From assembly GCA_019058295.1 (NCBI GenBank), contig JAHPZI010000002.1:64001-128000 (forward strand): a DNA stretch of 64,000 bases. Direction: 5' to 3'. How positions within the stretch are numbered: position 1 is the first letter of the stretch; every line of letters starts with the position of its first letter. The notes below the pieces were generated by a model, which saw nothing but the letters and a program-made list of their open reading frames with translations, was not told where the DNA came from and did not search any database. This DNA comes from Promethearchaeota archaeon (GTDB lineage: Archaea; Asgardarchaeota; Lokiarchaeia; Sigyniarchaeales; SOKP01). The translations under genes and the position numbers were made by a program. This document shows, one piece after another, positions 32,855-43,585 of this stretch.

Positions 32855-33784
32855 TTATGCTTTTACTACTTCCACGAGTTTAGGAAATATTCTTGTGTAA
32901 TGGACTGCCATGCAATGTATGCCCGCTAAAAGACCTTTACTTTTCAATTCGGATATAAACGGTTTAAAGAACTCATAATTTAATTGATCGTACACATCTT
33001 TTTGTTCCTTCTTGTCAGTAACATCTGTCTTAACGCTTTTCCATTTAGCAAGAATGTCTTTTGGCACGTCTACTCCCGGAACAAACATGTCAAAACCTTT
33101 CGCAATCCCATAACTTTTCATTGGAAATATACCTAAAAATACAGGTACTTTATACTTTTGAATTGCTCGTAAAAATTCAATCGTCATGTCAAGGTCATAA
33201 ACAACTTGCGTTTGTATGAATTCAGCTCCCGCTTCAGCTTTTCTTCCAATTTTTAAGATTTCTGCCTCCATTGGATCTGCATTTGGATTAGCAGCAGCAC
33301 CAACATGCATAGTCGGCGGATGTTCAATTTCATTATTATTAATTTTTCCTCTATCCACCATTTCTCTAACAAGCTTAACTAACGTTGCGGAATCAAGGTC
33401 AAAAACAGGTTTTGCTTCAGGAACATCACCTAAGTTGGTATGATCACCAGTAAGAGATAAAACATTGCGAAGGCCCAAAGCTTGAGCTCCCATAATTTGT
33501 CCTGCCAAACCTATTTTATTACAATCTCTAACCGTTAATTGCCACACACACTCTAAACCCGTTTCTCTCTGTATTATATGAGAAGCTGCCATAGAATTAA
33601 TTGTCACTATTGCAAGAGGGCTATCTGTAATATTTGCGGCTACAACATAAGGAGCCATTTCTTTTGCTTCCTGAATGGTGTGAGAAAGATCACAAGTCTT
33701 TTCAGGTTCCAGTTCTCCAGTTAGAACAAATTCCCCTTTTGAAATCATCTCACCTAACTTTGAGTAAATTTTTTTCTCTGCCAT
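32855..33784 (-). CDS. metF: Methylenetetrahydrofolate reductase (copy 1)
   Basis: TGELEP, NITD, LTGDH, GAEFIQTQ. Confidence 0.9.
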   Translation of the reverse strand: MAEKKIYSKLGEMISKGEFVLTGELEPEKTCDLSHTIQEAKEMAPYVVAANITDSPLAIVTINSMAASHIIQRETGLECVWQLTVRDCNKIGLAGQIMGAQALGLRNVLSLTGDHTNLGDVPEAKPVFDLDSATLVKLVREMVDRGKINNNEIEHPPTMHVGAAANPNADPMEAEILKIGRKAEAGAEFIQTQVVYDLDMTIEFLRAIQKYKVPVFLGIFPMKSYGIAKGFDMFVPGVDVPKDILAKWKSVKTDVTDKKEQKDVYDQLNYEFFKPFISELKSKGLLAGIHCMAVHYTRIFPKLVEVVKA

Positions 33785-33796
33785 CTTCTCTCCCTC

Positions 33797-34468
33797 CTAC
33801 CTAAAAATTACCTCTCTTTGATGTCCAGAATCGGACCAATCTCTAGGTTCTCTTAATTTGCTGAATAAATCCAACCGTCCAATAGCTTTAAGGCGATTAT
33901 ATATTAGTACCCATCCGCAATCTCTCTCGTAATTTCCAACTTCACATTTGCCATTGACCATCCCACCACAAGGCCCATTCATTAAAGCTTTAGCACAGGT
34001 AGTTATGGGACAGATTCCTCCTGTTTCGTTTAATAGACAATCTCCGCAACCTAAACAGCGCATTCTAAACCGACCGATTCTTTCTGTCATTCCCATAAAT
34101 TCCGTATTATTAGTTACAAATACCTTTTTATTTGGATGTTTCTTACTAAGTATTTGGACTATAGATTGAACTCCGAGTCCACAACTTAATGTTACAATCG
34201 CATCTGCTTCTTTAACCGAATCATCAATTTTTCTTAAATCCTTCATCATAACTCTATTGTCGCATACATCTTCAGAAACAATGCCAGTTAAAACCTCAAA
34301 TCCTTCATTTTCTAATATCTCAGTCCATTCCTTTAATCCCTCTGTTCCTCCTGTTTGACATAATGCAGCACATACACCACAAGAAACAACAACAAGAGAT
34401 CTCACATTATTTTCTCTCAATATGTTTAAAACTTCATCAACCGGCTTTTTTGTTGTAATTACTACCAT
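33797..34468 (-). CDS. metV: MetV (Fe-S/Zn subunit of MTHFR, copy 1)
   Basis: CLGCGDCLL..GGICP..CAKALMNGPCGG..CEV..CGW. Confidence 0.88.
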   Translation of the reverse strand: MVVITTKKPVDEVLNILRENNVRSLVVVSCGVCAALCQTGGTEGLKEWTEILENEGFEVLTGIVSEDVCDNRVMMKDLRKIDDSVKEADAIVTLSCGLGVQSIVQILSKKHPNKKVFVTNNTEFMGMTERIGRFRMRCLGCGDCLLNETGGICPITTCAKALMNGPCGGMVNGKCEVGNYERDCGWVLIYNRLKAIGRLDLFSKLREPRDWSDSGHQREVIFR

Positions 34469-34658
34469 TTTATCATCAACAATTTTGTTTTAATATAAAA
34501 AATATATACCTATTTTAGAGAAATTTTCAAATTATTAAAATTTTAATATTAATTTTGATAAATTTATGTCTAAAAAAAATACTAATCTTTTTAAAAAAAG
34601 AAATAGTATTACGAAAAATAAAAAAATGAAAAAAAAAAGAAATTAATTTAAAATTGTC

Positions 34659-36158
34659 TTAACCACCAGCAGCAAGCATTCGACCGATAGGAGCAGCGAG
34701 TCCACCGATTATTGAGCCAAAGGATGTTAATTTCTTTAACTGTGTTTTTAAATCTTTAGAAACTTTTACGGATCTTGTTTTTCCTTCTATTATTGTACCA
34801 TCAGCTGTTTCTAAAAAGATTTGGATTGTCTGTTCTCCAATTTCTTTGGGTTCTAATGTAAGCCATGTTGTATCTCCATTCTCTAACATTATTGACATTG
34901 TTCCACAAATATCTTCACCAGTAGAAAACAATGGAATTGGTTTATTCGGAATTTCATAAGTTCCTCGCCCCTCAACTTCGATATCTAATATAATTTCTTT
35001 TGGATCAAAACCAGGTGCGGTAACTTTAATACGATATTCTTTTGCTTCAGGTGCGTTATTGTAAAGATAGACCATTACATTAAGTTCAGTTCCTTTATAC
35101 ACGATTTCTTGCGCAGATGAGTCCATGTATATTGGATCCTTAGATAACCGTTCGATATTATCAGCTAACTCTAGCTGGAGCCTATCAATGATATTGAAAA
35201 ATCCTGGATTGTATTCTTTAATAAATTCAAATATCTTATAGATATCTTTCTTTCCAAAATACCATCGATTTTCTATTAAACCCCCTTTATCAATATCAAA
35301 AGTGTCAGATTTTATATTTAATACTTCTGACATTTCGTTATTAAGCTGCTCATCTGTAAGGACATCATGATTTCTCAAATAATATAAGAACAGGATTTTC
35401 TCCATAGCAAAAGTAATAGGGAATTCCTCCGCTTCCCTCTTCTTTACAGCTTCAACAAAACTTGGATTAAGATTTTTATTAATAACTGCTAAATATTCAT
35501 CCCATTTCAAGAATGTGACAGGATCCAAATGATTGGATAGTACATCTGAGAAAAAGTTATCAAGAAATATCTGATGCGTCGTGGGTTTATAGAAATCCTG
35601 AAGTCCGTTAACATCATGGATATTGAGCTTTAAACTTCGAACTAACAACGCTAAACCGAACCCAAATAATGCAAAGCCGATTGCAACAAAACCAATATAA
35701 GAACGAGGCTCCTCTGCCGTTAATACCAACATTCCTATAAATAGCCCTAACGAGACTAAACATAAAAGGGCAATCATGAAAAGAAGATTTATTACACCCT
35801 TCACATTATTATAGAGCAAATCAAATCCGTCTAGACTATCAATGGGTCTGCCTCTCTTACGTTCAAATTTTAATCTTGCTTTTAGTGATTTTTGCGTATA
35901 AAATGCGCCTAACAGTAGTAAAATTGAGTTTAAACCGTAGATACCTAAAACAGTCCAAAAACCAATTACACCAACTATCGCAAAAACAGAAGCTCCTGTA
36001 AGAAAACCAACTAGAATCAATAAGGCAAGAACCACTAGCACAATAGGAAGTACAAATAGTAATAATTTCCCTATTCTATAGATATAATTTATCAGGGCAC
36101 CTTGCAAACTTTCTAATCGTTTAATTTTCTTTAAATCTTTCGCTAATCTTGGTTCCAT
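34659..36158 (-). CDS. Uncharacterised membrane protein, paralog A (4 TM + C-terminal beta-sandwich-like domain)
   Basis: 499-aa ORF; collinear similarity to 36314-37807. Confidence 0.8.
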   Translation of the reverse strand: MEPRLAKDLKKIKRLESLQGALINYIYRIGKLLLFVLPIVLVVLALLILVGFLTGASVFAIVGVIGFWTVLGIYGLNSILLLLGAFYTQKSLKARLKFERKRGRPIDSLDGFDLLYNNVKGVINLLFMIALLCLVSLGLFIGMLVLTAEEPRSYIGFVAIGFALFGFGLALLVRSLKLNIHDVNGLQDFYKPTTHQIFLDNFFSDVLSNHLDPVTFLKWDEYLAVINKNLNPSFVEAVKKREAEEFPITFAMEKILFLYYLRNHDVLTDEQLNNEMSEVLNIKSDTFDIDKGGLIENRWYFGKKDIYKIFEFIKEYNPGFFNIIDRLQLELADNIERLSKDPIYMDSSAQEIVYKGTELNVMVYLYNNAPEAKEYRIKVTAPGFDPKEIILDIEVEGRGTYEIPNKPIPLFSTGEDICGTMSIMLENGDTTWLTLEPKEIGEQTIQIFLETADGTIIEGKTRSVKVSKDLKTQLKKLTSFGSIIGGLAAPIGRMLAAGG

Positions 36159-36313
36159 AATTTATCAACTTTTTTTGATTAGAATTTTTTTTTTAAAAAG
36201 TATATACTAAAAAATAAAGATCGTGCTATTTATAAGATTAACGCATTGAAATTTAAAAAAAAAAAAAGCTGAAATTTTCAAATCTTTTTTCAAAAAATAA
36301 AAAAAAAAAGAAA

Positions 36314-37807
36314 TTAGGTAACTATGAGTGCTCTTGAGATAGGTGCTGCGATTCCACCCAAAATGGACCCTATTGAGGTAAGCTTCTTTAATTGACTTCT
36401 AAAATCTTTAGCAACTCGAACATTACGAGTTCTTCCTTCAATTATGGTTCCATCAGCAGTCTCTAAGAAGATTTGAATCGATTGCTCTCCAAGTATTCGA
36501 GGCTCTAATGTAAGCCATAGAGAATCTCCATTTTCTAGCATATCAGACATAACGCCTACAATATCAGTTCCTGAACTAGACGTGAGAGGTATTGGTTCTT
36601 CCGGTATTTTGAATGAACCTCTTCCCTCCACTCTCATATCAAGCTTAAATTCTCCAGGAGCAAAACCAGTTGCTATGACTCTAATTCTATATTCCTTAGA
36701 TTTTGGTGAATTATTAAATAAATAAACCATTACATTGAGAGCTTGTCCCTTAAAAACGGATTCATGAGCGAATGAATCCATATATATCTTATCTTGTGAA
36801 AACATCTCAATATTATCTCGTAATTCAATTTGAAGTCGGTCGATGATCTTAAAAATTCCTGGATTATGTTCTTTTATATATTCAAAAAGACTGAAAATAT
36901 CCTTTCTGCTAAAATAAAACTTGCCATCTATTAATAATCCCTTGTCGACATCAAATGTTTTTGATTCTATTTTGATTACTTCTTTTAATTCTGCTAAAAA
37001 GCGCTCCTCTTCTAAGACTCCTTGAGACCTTAAGTAATAAAGATAGAGAATTTTTTCTATGGCAAAAGTTATAGGTCGTTCGCCTTTTTCTAAGCCCTTA
37101 ATCTTCTTAATGAAAGCAGGATTTAAGATTTCGCTAATTCCTAATATATAATCATTCCATCTTAAAAGCGTTATTGGATCAATATGATTTGAAACAACAT
37201 CCGAAAATAAATTATCTAAGAAGATTTGATGGTTCGTTGGTTTATAAAAATCTTTAAGCCCGTTGACATCATATATATTTAAGTTCAAACTCCTGATAAG
37301 CAACGCTACTCCGATAGCAAATAAAGTGAATCCAATTGCAGCATAACCCAGCTCAATAAATGTTAGAATAACCATCGCAGCAAAAAGGGAAGTTGCTATA
37401 AGATTTAAAATAGCTGTAACTTTTAGTAGTGTTATTACTCTTTTTACATGATGAGTCAGCTCATCGAAACCATCAAGCGCATCAATTGGACGACCTCTCA
37501 TTCTCTCGAATTCTAACCGAACTTCTAATAGTTTTTTTGTCCTAGCGGCCCCTAAATAAAGTATAATTGAATTTAAAGTATAAAGAGCCAATATACCAAA
37601 AAAAATACCTATCAATCTAGTTGAAATAACAACTAAATCTACTAAGGTAAGAATAGCTAGTACTGTAATCCCGATAAGCATAAAGGGTAGAAGGAATTGA
37701 AGCCATTTACCTATCTTTGTAATAAAACGTATAATAAATGCCTGAAAGCGTTCAAGTTTATTTAATTCTCTTAAATCTTTTTCATAATTCGGTTCCATTG
37801 ATATCAA
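36314..37807 (-). CDS. Uncharacterised membrane protein, paralog B
   Basis: Shares RGRPID.LDGFD, HQIFLDN, QIFLETADGTIIEG with paralog A; likely ATG at 37798. Confidence 0.8.
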   Translation of the reverse strand: MISMEPNYEKDLRELNKLERFQAFIIRFITKIGKWLQFLLPFMLIGITVLAILTLVDLVVISTRLIGIFFGILALYTLNSIILYLGAARTKKLLEVRLEFERMRGRPIDALDGFDELTHHVKRVITLLKVTAILNLIATSLFAAMVILTFIELGYAAIGFTLFAIGVALLIRSLNLNIYDVNGLKDFYKPTNHQIFLDNLFSDVVSNHIDPITLLRWNDYILGISEILNPAFIKKIKGLEKGERPITFAIEKILYLYYLRSQGVLEEERFLAELKEVIKIESKTFDVDKGLLIDGKFYFSRKDIFSLFEYIKEHNPGIFKIIDRLQIELRDNIEMFSQDKIYMDSFAHESVFKGQALNVMVYLFNNSPKSKEYRIRVIATGFAPGEFKLDMRVEGRGSFKIPEEPIPLTSSSGTDIVGVMSDMLENGDSLWLTLEPRILGEQSIQIFLETADGTIIEGRTRNVRVAKDFRSQLKKLTSIGSILGGIAAPISRALIVT

Positions 37808-38311
37808 CTTATTTTATAAAGTATTATAAATAAGTATAGAAGAGCTTGATATTTATATTTTTAACGGATGAAAATTTAATTTTAACGGATGGTAAAAATT
37901 TCAACACTAAAAACTATCTATGAATTCTATTTTGATCGATCTTAAAGATTTTTTGAAATAAATATTAAGGATTTCGATCAAAAATTGGGAAGTTTTTATA
38001 CTTTTCGCGACAACTCTTTTAGTATTTTTTTTCCCAAAAAAATTAGTTTTATTTAAAATAGTAACAAATTGTGATCTTAAATTCCGATTTTTGCGGTTTT
38101 TCAAAAATTAATTTAATAAAAATTATTATATTCGTGAAAAATCTCTCATAAAATGATGAATTCCGTTTTTCGTCATAAAAATCGCAGAAAAAATCAAATC
38201 TTAAAAATTATTACCGGATCAGTAGAATACGATAAGAATTTTAACCAGAAACATTTATATACTAAAAAATCCTAACTTAAAATGGAAACAAAAAAATAAA
38301 AAAATAAAAAA

Positions 38312-38662
38312 TTGGAGGAAAAAAAAATGGAAGTAATAGAAAAAATAAAGAAAGAAGGAATTACAGACGAGCAACGCACAAAAATATATACTTTATCAAC
38401 TCATATTAGTAAAGAAACGCGAGAAGAAATTTGTCCAGCACTATATAACACTCTATTAAATACAGAAAAAGGAGCATTAAAAAATGAGTTAGGCAGAGTC
38501 ATATTCCATCTATATAAAAATGACAGTCTTACTACTGTTATAGGACTAGAAAAATTAATAGATGCTTCGTTAATAGTTGCTCCTGAAGAAATGTTTAAAA
38601 TTCTTGAAGAATCTGAAGCAGATGCTAAAGAATTGGCAAAGAAAATTAGACAGGTTTTATAG
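38312..38662 (+). CDS. Hypothetical alpha-helical protein
   Basis: 116-aa ORF with protein-like composition. Confidence 0.65.
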   Translation: MEEKKMEVIEKIKKEGITDEQRTKIYTLSTHISKETREEICPALYNTLLNTEKGALKNELGRVIFHLYKNDSLTTVIGLEKLIDASLIVAPEEMFKILEESEADAKELAKKIRQVL

Positions 38663-38781
38663 ATAATAAAAATTTTTTTAATTTCTCATTTTATATTTTT
38701 GGCTTTTATTAAATAGTAACCTAAAAATTGTTCTAATTCTTTTCTTAATAAAGAATATAACAAGATTTATTAGCTTTAATT

Positions 38782-39804
38782 TTGTCAAAATTTAAATCTG
38801 AGTTAAATGAAATAGATGGAGTTTATCAATTTAAGATTGATACGCCTTTCGACGTGGGATTTGTAACCATTTACTTATTCGAAATAGATGGTAAAAAGGT
38901 TTTCTATGATGCTGGATTAAATATGCGCAATTGGGAAAAATTATTTTTTTCTGCCCTTCAAGATATAAATATTTCAATTAAAGATATTGATTATTGTATT
39001 GTCTCGCATAATCATCTAGACCATACGGGGCTAATCAAGAAATTTAAACGTAGAAATCCTGACATTCAAATTGTAATGGGTGAATTAACTCATTCTACTA
39101 TGAAATGGGAGACAGAAAGTGAAAATTCTGAGGAATTAAAGAACGAAGCTAAGAAAATTGCTAAGGAAATGATTAAATTCGGGATTAGTGAAGCCCAAGG
39201 AAAAAGATTAGTTGAATGGCATACAATGTGGCCAAAGTTAAGGAGATATCATAAACCGGATCTAATTGTACGGGATGGTGAGGAGATTTTTTTCAAAACT
39301 AATAAATTAAAGATAATTTGGACTCCTGGTCACTCTGTTGGCCACATTTGCGTATTTGATGAAAATAATCGATACTTATTTTCAGGAGATCACATTCTTT
39401 CCAGAATAACCCCACATATAGGAAATTTTGTTATCAATCCAATGATTAGAAAAGATTACGATTTTGAAAATATCTTGGATTATTACTTAAAATCATTGGA
39501 TCGAATTGATAAATTAAATCCAAAAATCATCTTTCCAGCTCATCAAGAAATCATTTATAATCCACATGAGCGTATATTAGAAATTAAAGAACATCACAAA
39601 AATAGACTTAATGAAATTTCAAGTTTAATTAAAAATAATCCAATGGTTCCTATCAAAATTTCTCAGATTCACTTTGGAGAGGATTTGGATGAAATAAACA
39701 GTTTTTTAGCATTAAGTGAAGTTTTAGCTCATCTTATTTATTTAGAAAGTCAAGGAAAAGTTAAAAGAATTGAAAAGAACGGAAAATTCTTCTTTTCTAG
39801 CTGA
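38782..39804 (+). CDS. MBL-fold metallo-hydrolase with C-terminal winged helix
   Basis: SHNHLDH, TPGHS, SGDH, PAH. Confidence 0.92.
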   Translation: MSKFKSELNEIDGVYQFKIDTPFDVGFVTIYLFEIDGKKVFYDAGLNMRNWEKLFFSALQDINISIKDIDYCIVSHNHLDHTGLIKKFKRRNPDIQIVMGELTHSTMKWETESENSEELKNEAKKIAKEMIKFGISEAQGKRLVEWHTMWPKLRRYHKPDLIVRDGEEIFFKTNKLKIIWTPGHSVGHICVFDENNRYLFSGDHILSRITPHIGNFVINPMIRKDYDFENILDYYLKSLDRIDKLNPKIIFPAHQEIIYNPHERILEIKEHHKNRLNEISSLIKNNPMVPIKISQIHFGEDLDEINSFLALSEVLAHLIYLESQGKVKRIEKNGKFFFSS

Positions 39805-39850
39805 ATAATTATCTTATTATTATAAACAACAAGTAAAATAAGCTTAAACT

Positions 39851-40312
39851 TTATTGAAATTGATGATTGTTAGGTGAAGGAGTTTTGATTGGTTTTAAAA
39901 CAACGCAAACACGCTCTACGCTCTTTACATCACTCCTACCACGAAAAGTTTCCATTAATGCATCCAATTCGGTAATTTCAGGTACATTAACTTTAATTAA
40001 AACCCCACATTGACCGGCAAGAAAGTAAACTTCTTCGCATTGAGGTAATAACTGAGTCTCTCTTAATAATTCTTTTATTTCATTCTCCGATTTTGGTATT
40101 ACAGTGAGAAAAGCAATTATACAACGTTCTTCTTCTCTGCAGATCTTTATAGTGAACTTCTCAATTACACCATCCTCTTGCAACCGAACCACTCTTTTTC
40201 TTACTGTTGATTCAGACAAGTCTACTTCATCCGCAATTTCACGATATGGTCTTCTTGCATCCTCTATAAGCATTTCAAGAATGCGTTTGTCTTTTTCGTC
40301 CAGATTTTTTAT
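39851..40312 (-). CDS. Lrp/AsnC regulator, probably starting at ATA 40312
   Basis: Upstream in-frame IKNLDEKDKRILE completes helix 1; DARRPYREIA..LSESTVRKR. Confidence 0.9.
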   Translation of the reverse strand: MKNLDEKDKRILEMLIEDARRPYREIADEVDLSESTVRKRVVRLQEDGVIEKFTIKICREEERCIIAFLTVIPKSENEIKELLRETQLLPQCEEVYFLAGQCGVLIKVNVPEITELDALMETFRGRSDVKSVERVCVVLKPIKTPSPNNHQFQ

Positions 40313-40393
40313 TTTGTTTCATCTCATGGTTGTTTTTTAGTATTTTTAAAAAAATTTTAAATTAAAATTAAAAAAATTTTAAAGATTTGATAT

Positions 40394-41368
40394 TTAATAA
40401 TAATTCTTTGCATAATCTGGGTACTTGTCAAGGAGCGGAGCGAAAAGCCTCTCATACTCCACTGCCATACAATGGATTCCACTTGCTTTTGAATTTTTCT
40501 TGATCTCTTCTATAAATGGTACAAAGAACTCCACGTTAACTTTATCTAATGCGGCATATTTAGCTGGTTTGTTTCCTTTGTTATCCTTTTCAGCTTTCTT
40601 TAATGCATTTAGAAGCTCCTTTGGAACGCTTACCCCAGGAATATATTTGTCAAAGTACCAAGCAATCCCGTATGATTTCATAGGAAAGACGCCCAATAAA
40701 ATTGGAACATTATATCGAGCTAATTCATTGATGAAATTCTTAGCAACATCAATATCAAAAGCGGTTTGTGTTTGGATAAAATCAATTCCTTGCTCAACTT
40801 TTCTTCCTACTTTGAGGATTTCTGGTTCCATATATTCTCCTACAGCATTAGGATTAGCAACACACCCATAATTCATTTCAATCTTTCCGTCAGTTATCTC
40901 ATTACCAGAATAATCTGTCCCCTCATCAATCATTTTTTTAAGAAGCTCACAAAATTGAGTACTGTCAAGATCATAAGAAATACGACCCTGTTTGTTGTCT
41001 CCAAGGGCTGTATGATCTCCGGTGAGTACTAATACGTTCTTTAATCCCAATAAGGCTCCACCAAGAACGTCACCAAAAAGAGCAACTCGATTACGATCTC
41101 GGACGGCAACTTGCCAAACTGTTTCGATTTCAGCATCACGTTGTACTACAAAGCTAGGGACTAATGAGCATATGTAGGCGTCTCCTTGAGGACCATCTGT
41201 CACGTTAGCTGCAATGATACGATTGGTTTTCTTCATTTCCTTTGCGGAATGGACGACTTCTTCCATACCATCAGCCAATATTTTTTTGGGCTCGAGTTCA
41301 CCTGTAAAAACAAAATGTCCATCTGCAAGTGCTTTGCATAATTTACTATATGCAGGTCGTTTTGCCAT
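40394..41368 (-). CDS. metF: Methylenetetrahydrofolate reductase (copy 2)
   Basis: TGELEP, NVTD, RDRNR, LTGDH, FIQTQ. Confidence 0.9.
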   Translation of the reverse strand: MAKRPAYSKLCKALADGHFVFTGELEPKKILADGMEEVVHSAKEMKKTNRIIAANVTDGPQGDAYICSLVPSFVVQRDAEIETVWQVAVRDRNRVALFGDVLGGALLGLKNVLVLTGDHTALGDNKQGRISYDLDSTQFCELLKKMIDEGTDYSGNEITDGKIEMNYGCVANPNAVGEYMEPEILKVGRKVEQGIDFIQTQTAFDIDVAKNFINELARYNVPILLGVFPMKSYGIAWYFDKYIPGVSVPKELLNALKKAEKDNKGNKPAKYAALDKVNVEFFVPFIEEIKKNSKASGIHCMAVEYERLFAPLLDKYPDYAKNYY

Positions 41369-42064
41369 TTATTTCTTCTCCTCCTTTTCTTCTTTTATGT
41401 TTGTGTAATCCTTATTAATTGGGATATAAGCGGGACTAGTAGAAGAACGATAATCACGGGCAGGTCTATATAATGTAAATAAATCTAACCGATTGAATTT
41501 CTTCAAACGCTTATAAATTTCAATCCATGCACAAGGATGAGTATAACCCCCTACTTCACACATACCATCAACAGTTCCACCACATGGACCATTTTTAAGA
41601 TGTTTGGCGCATCCTGCTATAGGACAAATACCTCCTGTTTCTCCTAATAGACAACTTCCACAAGTCTCACAATATTGAATAAAATAGTTATCACCAGCAT
41701 TTTGAACACCGCCAAACATACTATTTTGGGCGGGGTAAGTAATGATATTTTCAGCTACTTTGTTTAACATCACAACGCCTAAGCCACACGCTAATGAAAC
41801 GATTGCATCGTACTCTTCTATGAATGGTCTAATCGTGGTGGCAGCAATTCTATCGTCGCATTGTCTTAAAACTGTAATTGCCCTCCATTTTAAGTCCTTG
41901 CCTTCAGTCTTAGCTTTTAATTCTAAAAGCTGTCCAAGTACTTTTGCCTCATTAATAGACCGAGGTGGTTGACAACATCCATCGCATCCAGCGATTAAGA
42001 TTTTGTTATAATCCTTTATCATTTCATATATATCGTTTATATCTTTCTGTTCTGTAATAATCAT
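41369..42064 (-). CDS. metV: MetV (copy 2)
   Basis: CDGCC, RQCD, CETCGSCLL..CP..CAK.LKNGPCGG..CAW. Confidence 0.88.
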   Translation of the reverse strand: MIITEQKDINDIYEMIKDYNKILIAGCDGCCQPPRSINEAKVLGQLLELKAKTEGKDLKWRAITVLRQCDDRIAATTIRPFIEEYDAIVSLACGLGVVMLNKVAENIITYPAQNSMFGGVQNAGDNYFIQYCETCGSCLLGETGGICPIAGCAKHLKNGPCGGTVDGMCEVGGYTHPCAWIEIYKRLKKFNRLDLFTLYRPARDYRSSTSPAYIPINKDYTNIKEEKEEKK

Positions 42065-42155
42065 ATTTCATTTCTCTATTTTTTTTTTTTTCCATTCTTA
42101 TTTTTATTTGATTAATGTAATTTTGTTTTGATTTTTAAAAAAAGGGATTTACATA

Positions 42156-43037
42156 TTAAATATTTAATTTTTCCAGTAATTTATTCGGTTTTACACTCCT
42201 ATTAGTAAGGCCCAGCTTATCTTTCTCTACACCAAACGCGATTGCCATCAATTCCGGCACATATAAAACAGGAATGTCGAGTTCTTTGCCAGTTTTTCGA
42301 GAAAGTAGTCGTTGTTTTCTATCGTATTGCCCCACACAAGCGGGACATACTCCAACCATTACATCGACTTCTTCTTCTAGTTCTTTGAGTTCAGTCATTT
42401 TGTCCTCGACAAGTTTAAATCCAATTTCCTCTTGAAGGCGCGCACAGAAACCACAGCATTCTAGTTTTCCAGCAAATGCAACAGTTTTTGCTCCTAGCGC
42501 TTTTATTATCTTATCTATGGTTTCTGGCCGTTCTGGATGATCAAATTGTAAAATTTTACTCGGCCTTATGAGATGGCACCCATAATGTACTGCCACGTTT
42601 AAATCATCTAAAGGATTCATTAAGATCTTTTTAATCTTCTCCAGGTATTCTTCTTGAGAGAACAGTTCTGCAAAATGATAGACATTCGAAGTTCCCTTAT
42701 ATTCATAACCTATTTTCTTTAAAACAGTATTTACCCGATCAAAAGCAGCTTTATCTTCTGATAATAACACTTTTGCAGTTTTTAATGTTTCAAAACAGCC
42801 AGAGCAGATTGTTAATATGTCCAGACCTAATTTTTCCCCTAAACAAAGGTTTCTAGCAGCCAATGTCAACCATGTATCAATGCTTACAGATTGAGTAGCT
42901 ACAGGGTCTGGACAGCAGCTTGCACCCTCCATTTCTTTAAATGTAAGTCCTAAATAATTCGAAATCTCTCTAAAAGCATATTCAAAATGGGGCAATTTCA
43001 ATGGTATTGTACAACCTAAATATAACGCATACTCCAT
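42156..43037 (-). CDS. hdrB: Heterodisulfide reductase subunit B
   Basis: YLGC, CCPDP, CSGC, HYGCH, CCG, CPAC. Confidence 0.95.
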   Translation of the reverse strand: MEYALYLGCTIPLKLPHFEYAFREISNYLGLTFKEMEGASCCPDPVATQSVSIDTWLTLAARNLCLGEKLGLDILTICSGCFETLKTAKVLLSEDKAAFDRVNTVLKKIGYEYKGTSNVYHFAELFSQEEYLEKIKKILMNPLDDLNVAVHYGCHLIRPSKILQFDHPERPETIDKIIKALGAKTVAFAGKLECCGFCARLQEEIGFKLVEDKMTELKELEEEVDVMVGVCPACVGQYDRKQRLLSRKTGKELDIPVLYVPELMAIAFGVEKDKLGLTNRSVKPNKLLEKLNI

Positions 43038-43582
43038 TATTTATCACTCTCCTTATTCTCTGATGCTTTTTTGATTAGATTTCCGATTCCTGTTTCATTC
43101 ATAATTATATCAATCTCTTTTAAATCAGGTGGAACGATTTTGGGCAATCCAAATCTATCTCTACGTCTATCAATATTAGTTGCCAATCCTCCTGTATAAG
43201 GAACTACATATCCATTATCATATATCGTTTGAATAGTTCCTCGATATTCCTCTGGACAATTTCCTTCTTTTACAGCTAAGTTTCTCAATAGCGCCAATAT
43301 AAAAGAATAATCCACACCCTTAGGACATCTTTCCGTACATCTATGACATAGGGAACATGTCCAGATTGCATTGCTGGAGAGGACTCTGTCTTTTAATCCT
43401 AACAGACAAGAAGCAACCACTCTGTGAGGTTGAAGATCAACGTATTCCGTTACAGTACAGCCAGATGAGCACACTCCACATTGAATACACTTTAGGAGTG
43501 ATTTTGCTCCTACTTTTTCGCTAATTTCATAGCGAAAATTATAATCTAAATCCTCTGCATTTATAATCTCTTCTTCTGTCAT
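43037..43582 (-). CDS. hdrC: Heterodisulfide reductase subunit C
   Basis: CIQCGVCSSGC and WTCSLCHRCTERCP. Confidence 0.95.
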   Translation of the reverse strand: MTEEEIINAEDLDYNFRYEISEKVGAKSLLKCIQCGVCSSGCTVTEYVDLQPHRVVASCLLGLKDRVLSSNAIWTCSLCHRCTERCPKGVDYSFILALLRNLAVKEGNCPEEYRGTIQTIYDNGYVVPYTGGLATNIDRRRDRFGLPKIVPPDLKEIDIIMNETGIGNLIKKASENKESDK

Positions 43583-43585
43583 TTT

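Noticed and set aside
37907-38104. 65-aa ORF in AT-rich intergenic region
   Set aside because: Low-complexity K/N/F/I composition; probably regulatory DNA
40319-40327. Sec read-through of ATG-AGA-TGA into Lrp
   Set aside because: Position is not a redox Cys site and no SECIS was recognised; an alternative start is simpler
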